Shown here piece by piece: positions 19,652 through 32,694 of a DNA stretch of 64,000 nt; position 1 is the stretch's first letter, and every line of letters begins with the position of its first letter. The stretch is taken from assembly GCA_937926975.1 (NCBI GenBank), contig CALBCJ010000032.1, positions 2,355 to 66,354 on the forward strand, given 5' to 3'. Both the position numbers and the translations under genes were made by a program. The notes beneath the pieces are model-generated. The model made no database searches, was not told where the DNA came from, and saw only the letters and a program-made list of their open reading frames with translations. Origin of the DNA: an uncultured Propionibacteriaceae bacterium. GTDB taxonomy: Bacteria; Actinomycetota; Actinomycetes; Propionibacteriales; Propionibacteriaceae.

Positions 19652-20284
19652 ATGCTGCAGATCACAGGGCTGACGAAGCGTTTCGGTAGTCGTACGTTGT
19701 GGCAGGACCTGGAGATGGAGGTTGGGGCTCGCCAGATGGTGGCTCTGACGGGTCCGAGTGGTTCGGGTAAGTCGACGCTGCTGAACTGTATTGGGCTGCT
19801 GGAGCCGGTGTCGGCGGGGCGGGTGCTGTTCGGTGGGGTTGACCTGGTGGGCCTTCGGGGCGGCCGGGCCCGTCGGTTCCGAAGGGACCAGATGGGGTAC
19901 CTGTTCCAGAACTATGCCCTGATCGACAACACCTCCGTCCTGCGGAACCTGCTGGAGGCGGTCGGGGCGAAGCCGCGGCGCAGCCGGCCGACCCGAGCCG
20001 ACTGCGAGCAGGCGCTGGAGCAGGTCGGCCTCGAAGGCCGGGGCCCCGACCCGACCTACCAGCTCTCCGGCGGGGAGCAGCAGCGGGTGGCCCTGGCCCG
20101 GCTCATCGTGCGCCGTCCGTCGCTGGTGCTCGCTGACGAGCCCACCGGTGCCCTCGACCACGCCAACGCCGACATGGTGATCAACACGCTGCGGGACTTC
20201 GCCCGAGCCGGGGCAACAGTCCTGATCGCCACCCACTCCGACCGGGTGGTCGCTGGCTGCGACCGAGAGTTCAGCCTGGTCTGA
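19652..20284 (+). CDS. ABC transporter ATP-binding protein (bacteriocin export/immunity)
   Basis: Walker A GPSGSGKST, signature LSGGEQQRVA, Walker B LVLADEPTGALD. TGAATG junction with the upstream gene. Confidence 0.9.
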   Translation: MLQITGLTKRFGSRTLWQDLEMEVGARQMVALTGPSGSGKSTLLNCIGLLEPVSAGRVLFGGVDLVGLRGGRARRFRRDQMGYLFQNYALIDNTSVLRNLLEAVGAKPRRSRPTRADCEQALEQVGLEGRGPDPTYQLSGGEQQRVALARLIVRRPSLVLADEPTGALDHANADMVINTLRDFARAGATVLIATHSDRVVAGCDREFSLV

Positions 20285-20299
20285 GACGCCCAGACCAGG

Positions 20300-24861
<4,562 letters not shown>

Positions 24862-24895
24862 GCGGCCGCGGCCCTGCAGGCCTATCCTGACGGGT

Positions 24896-25240
24896 ATGAC
24901 CGACCCCCGACTTCACCGGCCAGTCACGGCTGAGGACACGAGTGAGCCCGTCGGGCTGGCGTCCGACTGGGAGTCCGGGCCGTACGCCCCGGGGGCCGTG
25001 GCCCCGTTCAGCCTGGCTCATCGCGTCCAGCGCCCCGGCCGCCCGGTGAGCCCGGGACGAGTGCTCGCGATCATGCTGCTGCTGGTGGCCAGCGTGTTTC
25101 TGGGCCTGCTGTCAGCGGTCAGCATCGCGCTGCTCACCGAGCGACCAGGTGATCTGGTCGGCTGGTACATGACCACGGGGATGCTCTGCCTCACCGGGGT
25201 CAGTGTGTGGGGTGTCATCCACCTGGGGCGCAAGGCCTGA
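24896..25240 (+). CDS. hypothetical two-TM membrane protein
   Basis: Open frame with two hydrophobic helices. No family recognised. Confidence 0.45.
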   Translation: MTDPRLHRPVTAEDTSEPVGLASDWESGPYAPGAVAPFSLAHRVQRPGRPVSPGRVLAIMLLLVASVFLGLLSAVSIALLTERPGDLVGWYMTTGMLCLTGVSVWGVIHLGRKA

Positions 25241-25363
25241 TCAGCGGGTGCCGGGCTGCCGCTCGGGCACGCGTCAGCGACGCCGACCTTGCCCTGTCGG
25301 TTGGCGGCCCGTCGTGAGGGCCGGTCCTCCCGCCGGCAGCGCCGGTTTGGCTAGGGTCGTCTC

Positions 25364-26632
25364 GTGACCACCGTTCTCGTTCTTGGTTCTGGCGGGCGTG
25401 AGCACGCCCTGGCCCGGGCTCTCGCGGCCGACCCCGCTGTCACCGCCGTCCACGTTGCCCCCGGCAACCCCGGGTCGTGGCGGGTCGCGACCCGCCACGA
25501 CGTCGACCTGCTCGACCCGGCGGCGGTGGCCGGGCTGGCGCGCGAGACCGGCGCCGACCTGGTGGTCATCGGGCCTGAGGCGCCGCTGGTTGCTGGGGTC
25601 GCCGACGCGGTCCGGGCCGCCGGGACCGCCTGCTACGGCGCCTCTGCCGCGGCGGCCCGGCTGGAGGGGTCGAAGCAGTTCGCCAAGGAGGTCATGGCTG
25701 CCGCCGGGGTCCCGACCGCCGGCTGGCGCTGGTGCACCAGTCCTGAGCAGGTCGCCGCCGCGCTTGACGACTTCGGTGCCCCGTACGTGGTCAAGGCCGA
25801 CGGGCTGATGGCCGGCAAGGGCGTCGTCGTGACCGGCGACCGGCAGGCCGCCCTCGACCACGCCGCCGCCTGCGGCGAGGTGGTCGTCGAGGAGTACCTG
25901 GACGGGCCCGAGGTGTCGCTGTTCGTGGTGACCGACTCGGTCACCGCGGTGCCGCTGCTGCCGGCCCAGGACTTCAAGCGGGTCGGCGACGGCGACACGG
26001 GTGCGAACACCGGCGGGATGGGGGCGTACGCGCCGCTGCCCTGGGCACCGGCCGGGCTCACCGACGCGGTCCTGGAGCAGGTTGTCCACCCGACCCTGGC
26101 CGAGATGCGCCGCCGCGGCACCCCGTTTGCGGGGCTGCTGTACTGCGGCCTGGCGCTGACCTCCCGGGGGCTGCGGGTGGTGGAGTTCAACGCCCGCTTC
26201 GGCGACCCCGAGACCCAGGCCGTGCTGGCACTGCTGGAGTCGAGCCTGTACGAGCTGCTGCTCGGCGCCGCCACCGGCACCCTGGCCGCTCTCGACCCGC
26301 CCCGCTGGCGCCCGGGGGCTGCGGTGACGGTCGTCGCCGCCGCCGAGGGCTACCCGGGCCGGCCCCGTACGGGGGGAGTGATCAGCGGGCCTGGGCTAGA
26401 GCAGGACGACGCCCAGGGCCACCTGATCCACGCCGGCACTGCGCTCGACGGCGACCGGCTGGTCGCAGCCGCAGGGCGGGTCCTGGCCGCCGTCGGTCTC
26501 GCCGACGACCTGGCCGGGGCCAGGAACAACGCGTACCGGGTACTCGAGCAGACCGACTTCCCGACGGGCTTCTGGCGCACCGACATCGCCGCCCGGGCAG
26601 CCGCTGGTCAGATCGCCACCCCGACCCTGTGA
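25364..26632 (+). CDS. purD: phosphoribosylamine-glycine ligase
   Basis: VLVLGSGGREHALA start and ATP-grasp blocks EEYLDGPEVS and NARFGDPETQ. Confidence 0.95.
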   Translation: MTTVLVLGSGGREHALARALAADPAVTAVHVAPGNPGSWRVATRHDVDLLDPAAVAGLARETGADLVVIGPEAPLVAGVADAVRAAGTACYGASAAAARLEGSKQFAKEVMAAAGVPTAGWRWCTSPEQVAAALDDFGAPYVVKADGLMAGKGVVVTGDRQAALDHAAACGEVVVEEYLDGPEVSLFVVTDSVTAVPLLPAQDFKRVGDGDTGANTGGMGAYAPLPWAPAGLTDAVLEQVVHPTLAEMRRRGTPFAGLLYCGLALTSRGLRVVEFNARFGDPETQAVLALLESSLYELLLGAATGTLAALDPPRWRPGAAVTVVAAAEGYPGRPRTGGVISGPGLEQDDAQGHLIHAGTALDGDRLVAAAGRVLAAVGLADDLAGARNNAYRVLEQTDFPTGFWRTDIAARAAAGQIATPTL

Positions 26633-26767
26633 GTCGGCGCGACAGCCTGGCCCGCAGCGGGTCTTCGAGCGGTCCGACATGATCTGGAACAAGATGCGCT
26701 GCGACACTGGCGGGCTGCGGACCGACCCCGCGCCGACGGCCGAACCGCTACCGATCCAGGAGGACCG

Positions 26768-28201
26768 ATGACCATTCCCAACGTGCTGGCGGCCCGGTAC
26801 GCCTCACCCGAGATGCGGACCCTGTGGTCGCCCGAGCAGAAGGTGGTCGACGAGCGCCGGCTCTGGCTGGCGGTGCTGGAGGCCCAGCGTGACCTGGGGG
26901 TGGACTTCGGCGGTGACGACCCCGACCAGGTCCTGGCCGACTACCGGCGGGTGCTGGAGCAGGTTGACCTGGACTCGATCACGGCCCGGGAGCGCGTCAC
27001 CCGCCACGACGTCAAGGCCCGGATCGAGGAGTTCAACGCCCTCGCCGGGCACGAGCACGTCCACAAGGGGATGACCTCGCGGGACCTCACCGAGAACGTC
27101 GAGCAGGCCCAGATGCTGGGCTCGCTGCGGCTGGTCCGGGAGCGGGTGGTGACGGCCCTGGTGGGGCTGAGCCGGCTCGCGGTCCAGTACGTGGCGCAGC
27201 CGGTCGTCGGCCGCTCCCACAACGTGGCCGCCCAGGTCACCACCCTCGGCAAGCGGTTCGCGACGGTTGCCGACGAGCTGCTGATCGCGTACCAGCGTCT
27301 CGACGAGCTGATCGCCCGGTACCCGGTGCGCGGCATCAAGGGGCCGGTCGGCACCAGCCAGGACATGCTCGACCTGCTCGGCGGTGACACCTCCCGGCTC
27401 GCCGAGCTGGAGCGGCGGGTAGCGGCGCACCTCGGCTTCGAGCAGGTGCTGACCTCGACCGGGCAGGTGTACCCCCGCTCGCTGGACCTGGACGCGGTCA
27501 CCGCCCTGGCCCAGGCTGCCGCCGCCCCGTCGAACCTCGCCACCTCGATCCGCCTGATGGCGGGCGCCGAGCTCGTCACTGAAGGCTTCCGGCCTGGCCA
27601 GGTGGGGTCGTCGGCGATGCCGCACAAGATGAACACCCGGTCCTGCGAGCGGGTGAACGGCCTGGCGGTGGTGCTGCGGGGGTACGTGTCGATGGTCGGC
27701 GAGCTGGCTGGTGACCAGTGGAACGAGGGCGACGTGTCGTGCTCGGTGGTGCGGCGGGTGGCACTGCCGGACGCCTGCTTCGCGGTCGACGGGCTGTACC
27801 AGACCTTCCTCACCGTGCTCGCCGACTTCGGGGCCTTCCCGGCGGTGATCGAGGCCGAGCTGGCCCGCTACCTGCCGTTCCTCACCACGACCAAGGTGCT
27901 GATGGCGGCCGTACGGGCGGGGACCGGCCGGGAGGTCGCGCACGAGGCGATCAAGGAGCACGCGGTGGCGGTGGCGCTGGCGGTGCGGGAGTCTGGGGCC
28001 AGCGGCAACGACCTGTACCGGCGGCTGGCGGCCGACTCCAGGCTCGGGCTCAGCCAGGCCGAGCTGGAGGCGGTGGCGCAGGCGCCGCTGGAGCTGACCG
28101 GGGCTGCCGCGCAGCAGGTGCGTCAGGTCTGCGACCGGGTGGAGGAGATCGCCCGAGCCTACCCGCAGGCCGCCGCGTACCAGCCGGGGCAGACTCTCTA
28201 A
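26768..28201 (+). CDS. purB: adenylosuccinate lyase
   Basis: NVLAARYASPEM start and the fumarate-lyase signature SSAMPHKMNTRSCE. Confidence 0.95.
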   Translation: MTIPNVLAARYASPEMRTLWSPEQKVVDERRLWLAVLEAQRDLGVDFGGDDPDQVLADYRRVLEQVDLDSITARERVTRHDVKARIEEFNALAGHEHVHKGMTSRDLTENVEQAQMLGSLRLVRERVVTALVGLSRLAVQYVAQPVVGRSHNVAAQVTTLGKRFATVADELLIAYQRLDELIARYPVRGIKGPVGTSQDMLDLLGGDTSRLAELERRVAAHLGFEQVLTSTGQVYPRSLDLDAVTALAQAAAAPSNLATSIRLMAGAELVTEGFRPGQVGSSAMPHKMNTRSCERVNGLAVVLRGYVSMVGELAGDQWNEGDVSCSVVRRVALPDACFAVDGLYQTFLTVLADFGAFPAVIEAELARYLPFLTTTKVLMAAVRAGTGREVAHEAIKEHAVAVALAVRESGASGNDLYRRLAADSRLGLSQAELEAVAQAPLELTGAAAQQVRQVCDRVEEIARAYPQAAAYQPGQTL

Positions 28202-28363
28202 CGGGCTTCTGCTCGGGGTTGTGCCGCTCCAGCGGTACGCGGCCGCCCGGGCGCCAGGGGCTGCGGGCTGCTCGGCGAGGACTGAGAGGCTTCTCATGGG
28301 TGGTGCGGTGGGGGCGGCCGCCAGCCATCCTGGACCGGTCCCCCTGAGTCGAGGAGCACACGG

Positions 28364-28990
28364 ATGCCTGTCGGTCGTTACCTGGCCACAGCGGTCGCCC
28401 TGGCCGCGCTGTCTGGCTGCAGCCTGCTGGCCGAGGCGGGGATCGAGATCGAGACTCCCGACTTCCTGCTGACCCAGCAGGTCCGGACCCGGGCCGGCTC
28501 CCAGCCGCAGCTGGCCGGCCTGCCGATGCCCGGCTGGGCCGCCATCGGCCCTCACCCGGCCGACAGCGCCGAGCCCGGCTCGGGCGCCGTGCAGCGGTAC
28601 ACGGTCAGCGACGCGTCCTGCGTGGTCGAGACCCGTACCGTGGTTGCGACCAGCACCTGGGGACGCGGTGACGACCGGTACCTGAGTGACCAGCTGGTGA
28701 AGCGCTTCGTCGCCGCCCACACCCAGGGCACCCCGATGGCTGGGATCGAGAAGAGCCTCAAGATCAGCGAGGTCACCCTGAGGGGCGACCGGGGAGCGGT
28801 CTCAGTCCGCGAGGGGGCCGCCAAGATCACCGGGTACGAGCAGCGCGTGGTGGCCCGGGTCGCGGAGACCAGCGGCCAGGCGATCCTGATCTCCTACACC
28901 TGCCAGGGCCCGGTTGACTACGCCAAGTGGACCGCCCTGAAGGACGCCACCACCGTGGTCGGCTTCCTGCCGGAGTCCTTCGCTGACTGA
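28364..28990 (+). CDS. hypothetical lipoprotein
   Basis: Lipobox LAALSGC near the N-terminus. No family recognised. Confidence 0.6.
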   Translation: MPVGRYLATAVALAALSGCSLLAEAGIEIETPDFLLTQQVRTRAGSQPQLAGLPMPGWAAIGPHPADSAEPGSGAVQRYTVSDASCVVETRTVVATSTWGRGDDRYLSDQLVKRFVAAHTQGTPMAGIEKSLKISEVTLRGDRGAVSVREGAAKITGYEQRVVARVAETSGQAILISYTCQGPVDYAKWTALKDATTVVGFLPESFAD

Positions 28991-29119
28991 CCCGTACGGT
29001 CAGGCCCGCCGGTCGACCATCACGGCGCCGGCTACGACGAGCGGCAGAACCCGCGCTCGGCGATAGCGTGGGCAGCATGAGAGAGCTGGCGGAGGGCCAG
29101 TCGTGCTGAACCGGGTGTC

Positions 29120-29491
29120 ATGGCGGGTGCAGTCGACAGTGCTGTCTGGGGGCAGATCACCCAGGCGCTGGGAACGGATCCGACCTCCTGCCGCGGCAAG
29201 GGGCGACTCGTGAGCAGTCGACGACCTGGTGGGCCAGTCCACGGGCACACGACCCGGGTTCGACGGGAGGCGTCCCACGACATCGATTGGCGGCTGCTCG
29301 ACTCGCCAGTACTGCGCAACGTGGACCAGGTTCGGGCCCTGGACCCAGCGGCACGGGTGGACCTCGTCTGCATGGCCTGTGGGGCGGAGACTGGGTCGAT
29401 GGTCCAGATCGAGGCGAGCGTTCTCGCTGCGCTCGGCAACGCCGGCTGCGGGATCCTCCTCGACATCTATGACAGTGATGATGAGGACTGA
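29120..29491 (+). CDS. hypothetical protein with acidic tail (weak call)
   Basis: Only frame here without off-frame-like Arg/Pro/Ser bias. Third-position GC is about 77% by my count, which appears lower than the neighbouring genes. No homolog recognised. Confidence 0.3.
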   Translation: MAGAVDSAVWGQITQALGTDPTSCRGKGRLVSSRRPGGPVHGHTTRVRREASHDIDWRLLDSPVLRNVDQVRALDPAARVDLVCMACGAETGSMVQIEASVLAALGNAGCGILLDIYDSDDED

Positions 29492-29686
29492 CCTGCGGGA
29501 CTCTCCAGACAGAGACCGAGGGTTCCGGGATGTGCAGCATTCCCCAACGGATGTCTACGGGGGAGTCCCAGCAGCCTCGTGATGGCCTGAGTCTGGAGCG
29601 AGAAGGTCGTCCGGCTGGAGGGCCACGAGATCTTCGAGGGCTTCCCCGCGACACCGGAGCAAAGAACCTCTGACCAGGCAGAACGC

Positions 29687-30946
29687 TCATCGCAGTCGAG
29701 CGGGTCCCGGTCTGGTCCGGTCCTCTCGGGCCGGGCCGTCGGCGCTGACCAGGACCGGGATTCCGGTCGCCGCCAGGGCGTCGAGTGCAGAGCCGGTGAC
29801 CGGGCGGGGCCGGGCCCGCCGTACCTGATCGGTGAGCTGCGACCGGGCCTCCAGGTCGTCTGGGTCGCTGACCGGGTGCCAGTCGCCGGAGTCGACCACC
29901 GGCAGGTCGACATCGGCGTGGGTGACCGCCAGCCAGTCCGGGCGGGCGGCGCGGACCGCGTACCGCAGCATCCCCAGGTCCAGCCTGCCGAGCCGGAAAG
30001 CACCCTGGAACTCGCCCTCGCCGTTGTGGCGCTCGCCCACGTCCAGCGCTGAGTCCTCCGACGGGAACGGCCCGGCGCCGTGGCGGCTGTGCAGCGTACG
30101 GGCCACCCCGACCACCTGCGCCGGCTCGTCGGTGACCCGGGCCAGGAGCTCGCGGGCCGGGCCGGGCAGGGTCGTGGACCAGGTGGTGTGCGGGTGGAAG
30201 CCGACCCGCTCATCCAGCAGCGCCCCCTGGGCTCCCTCGAAGACCACCTCCCCGCGGCCCACCCAGTCCGCGAGCGGGTCGCCGACCTCGACCGTACGGC
30301 CGAAGTCCAGCAGCAGCCCCGCCATCTCGGCCACGCTCGGTACGTCCGTCGTGACCGGGGCGTAGAAGCGGACCAGGTCGTCGAGGCGGGAGACCAGCCG
30401 GCGGCGGTTCTGGGTGTCCACGGCCCGGGGCGCCACCCCGACCGCGTCGGAGGGGCAGCGGGTGTCCCCGTACGACTGGCCAGCTCGCAGCCCCCGGGCC
30501 GTGGCGCCGGCATAGAAGACGGTCTCGCCGATCCCGAGCCCGGTTGACCCGTGCCGGGCGTCACCACGGGCCCGCTCCCGGGCCTGGTTGGCCGCCACGT
30601 GGACCGGGGTCACCAGCAGCGCCGCCGGGTCGACACTCACCGTCGCCAGCGGGTTCGCCACCCCCAGCCGCTCCAGCTGGACCGCCTCAGCAGCCAGCAG
30701 CTCGGCGTCGAGCAGGTGGTGGCGCGACAGGTGGGTCGGGACCCCGGCCAGAGTGCCCGAGCCGAGCTGGCGAAAGGTGTGGTGCCGACCGGCGGCGACC
30801 ACGTTGTGGGCGGCCTGGGCGCCACCGTTGAACCGGACCACACCGGCCACGCCACGACCGGTGCGACCGCCGACCGAGCACAGCCAGTCGACGGTCGCCC
30901 CCTTGCCCTCGTCACCGAAGCCGAGGCCGACCACGATCGTGTGCAC
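29687..30946 (-). CDS. divergent adenylosuccinate-synthetase-fold protein (PurA paralog, altered substrate motifs)
   Basis: GFGDEGKGA P-loop, AAHNV, GLGIGET, FEGAQGALLD and HGAGPFPSE are retained. The TTGRPRR loop is replaced by GAFRLGR and TKLD by THAD. GTG start lies 6 nt after the vWA stop. Confidence 0.8.
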   Translation of the reverse strand: MHTIVVGLGFGDEGKGATVDWLCSVGGRTGRGVAGVVRFNGGAQAAHNVVAAGRHHTFRQLGSGTLAGVPTHLSRHHLLDAELLAAEAVQLERLGVANPLATVSVDPAALLVTPVHVAANQARERARGDARHGSTGLGIGETVFYAGATARGLRAGQSYGDTRCPSDAVGVAPRAVDTQNRRRLVSRLDDLVRFYAPVTTDVPSVAEMAGLLLDFGRTVEVGDPLADWVGRGEVVFEGAQGALLDERVGFHPHTTWSTTLPGPARELLARVTDEPAQVVGVARTLHSRHGAGPFPSEDSALDVGERHNGEGEFQGAFRLGRLDLGMLRYAVRAARPDWLAVTHADVDLPVVDSGDWHPVSDPDDLEARSQLTDQVRRARPRPVTGSALDALAATGIPVLVSADGPAREDRTRPGPARLR

Positions 30947-30952
30947 TGCTGG

Positions 30953-31870
30953 CTACCAGGGGCGGGTGAGGTCGCGCCCCATGGCCCGGTGGACCACCGC
31001 CGCCGTCCCCGAGACCGACTCGACATCGTCCAGGGCCGCCGACAGGTCGATGGTCTGCTCCTCGACCCCGATCGTCACCGCGATCAGCTCGCTCACCGCC
31101 GACGGGTCCTCCAGCCGCAGGAACCGCTGGCCCAGCAGCGAGCGCCAGTGCTGGTCGATGTCCCGGTCGTTCCAGTGCGCGGTCATCCGGGGCAGGATCA
31201 TGTAGACGTTCCAGTGCTGCTGCAGGTCGATGTACAGCTGGGTGACGTCCACGTCCTCCACGGTCTCGACTCCCAGCACCTCCCGCAGGTGGCGGGCCTT
31301 CAGCACCGGCTTGTTCAGCTCGTCACCGATGATGAACAGGTACCCCTTGCGGTGGTGCCTCTCGATGGCGTCGGCGAGGACCCGGTTCGCGATGAACCAC
31401 GCGGCCAGCTCGTACGACTCGGACTTCTGGCCGCCACCACCGCCCTCCAGGAAGATCTGCCGCAGCTGCTCGTCCATCCGGTTGTCGGACTCGAACTGCC
31501 CGACCTGCAGCGGCACCCGGTCGCAGTCGGCGTCGCCGATCGCCCCGAACATCAGCTGCGGGTCACTGACGTAGCGCCCCTGGAGCAGCAGCTCTAGCAG
31601 GGTCGGCAGCCGCTGCTGAAGCAGCCGCGGCACCCGCTGCATCGACCCGGTCACGTCGAAGAGCACCGCGATCGGCGTGGAGTACGGGTGCTCGGCGCTG
31701 TCGCGAGCCTCCCGTACGGCACCGAACGGCTCTAGCGCCGGCGCCGCCCGCCACTGGCTGGGGTTCTGCCGCTGGGTCTGCGCGTTGTAGGCGAACCCGT
31801 CGATCCCTCGCGCCCGCCGGTACGCCTCGGCCGCCTCGTAGCCGCTGGTGCTCCACCTGCCCTGTCCCAT
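30953..31870 (-). CDS. von Willebrand factor A (vWA) domain protein
   Basis: MIDAS-like DVTGSM, followed by GAIGD and LFIIGDE strands. AGGAGG RBS lies 7 nt before the ATG at 31870. Confidence 0.75.
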   Translation of the reverse strand: MGQGRWSTSGYEAAEAYRRARGIDGFAYNAQTQRQNPSQWRAAPALEPFGAVREARDSAEHPYSTPIAVLFDVTGSMQRVPRLLQQRLPTLLELLLQGRYVSDPQLMFGAIGDADCDRVPLQVGQFESDNRMDEQLRQIFLEGGGGGQKSESYELAAWFIANRVLADAIERHHRKGYLFIIGDELNKPVLKARHLREVLGVETVEDVDVTQLYIDLQQHWNVYMILPRMTAHWNDRDIDQHWRSLLGQRFLRLEDPSAVSELIAVTIGVEEQTIDLSAALDDVESVSGTAAVVHRAMGRDLTRPW

Positions 31871-31895
31871 TCTCTGCCTCCTTGCCTTGAACCTG

Positions 31896-31926
31896 TATGT
31901 AGTACATAACACTAGTAATGATTACT
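31896..31926. promoter_or_regulatory. two palindromes in AT-rich divergent promoter region
   Basis: TATGTAGTACATA (31896-31908) and AGTAATGATTACT (31914-31926), in the only strongly AT-rich stretch of this region. Confidence 0.4.
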
Positions 31927-32601
31927 CAAGAGGGGTCGGAGGTCCGAGAGGTGATACGAGCCATGACGGCGCAGGCCCGCGCTGAGGCGGCGGATAGGGT
32001 GCCGGGCGTGGACTCCCTGGTATCGGTCGACGTGCTGGCGGTTCGACTGGCCGACGGCGAGGTCCGGTTCGCGGCCGTACGGCGCCAGACCGAGCCCTTC
32101 GCTGGGGAGTGGGCGCTGCCGGGGGTGCTGCTGCTGGAGGGGGAGCGGCTGATAGAGGCCGGGCAGCGGGCCCTGCGCGACAAGGCCGGCCTGGTGGCGA
32201 CTGAGCTGGGGCAGCTGATCGTCTTCGACGAGCCGCTGCGCGACCCGCGCGGCGCCACCCTCTCAGCAGCCATGTGGGCAGTGCCGACCGGCGACCCGGC
32301 CGGGGTGGAGTGGCGCCCGGTCGACGACCCCGCAGACCTGGCCTTCGACCACCACACCATCGTCACCAGCTGCCGCCCGATCCTCGCCCGGATGCTGTGG
32401 AACGACTTCTGCTTCACAAAGTCCCTGATGGGGGTGGAGTTCAGTGTGGGAGACGCGATTGGGGCCACCGTCTCGCTGACGGGAGCGATGCCCGACCGGG
32501 GCAACCTCAACAAGAAGCTCGCCTCGCTGCCCGGCCTCGAGCGCGCCGGGTACGGAACGGGGCGCGGCCGCCCCTCCCGCTGGCGCTGGGCGGACGGCTG
32601 A
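31918..32601 (+). CDS. NrtR-like regulator: non-catalytic Nudix domain fused to C-terminal winged helix
   Basis: Nudix fold with a degenerate box (GERLIEAGQRALRDKAG, catalytic Glu pair lost). C-terminal FDHHTIV...NLNKKL...GRGRPSRW resembles the NrtR wHTH. The true start may be the ATG at 31966. Confidence 0.75.
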   Translation: MITQEGSEVREVIRAMTAQARAEAADRVPGVDSLVSVDVLAVRLADGEVRFAAVRRQTEPFAGEWALPGVLLLEGERLIEAGQRALRDKAGLVATELGQLIVFDEPLRDPRGATLSAAMWAVPTGDPAGVEWRPVDDPADLAFDHHTIVTSCRPILARMLWNDFCFTKSLMGVEFSVGDAIGATVSLTGAMPDRGNLNKKLASLPGLERAGYGTGRGRPSRWRWADG

Positions 32602-32694
32602 GCCCGGCGCGCGGCACCCGGTACGCGACCGGTCCCGGCGGCACTGCCCCCGGGTAAGGGCTCATATCCTGCCTTCCGGCACTAGACTCCCCAC

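Noticed and set aside
29157-29690. 177-aa minus-strand ORF translationally coupled (ATGA) to the PurA-like gene
   Set aside because: The product is Arg/Pro/Ser-rich and looks off-frame, and its third codon positions coincide with second positions of the opposing ORF. The real content of this interval is left open as a finding.
29687-30946. PurA-like gene as a simple recent duplicate of the nearby purA
   Set aside because: Only the short catalytic-core motifs are shared. Overall identity is low and key substrate loops are replaced, so it is an ancient or foreign paralog rather than a tandem duplicate.
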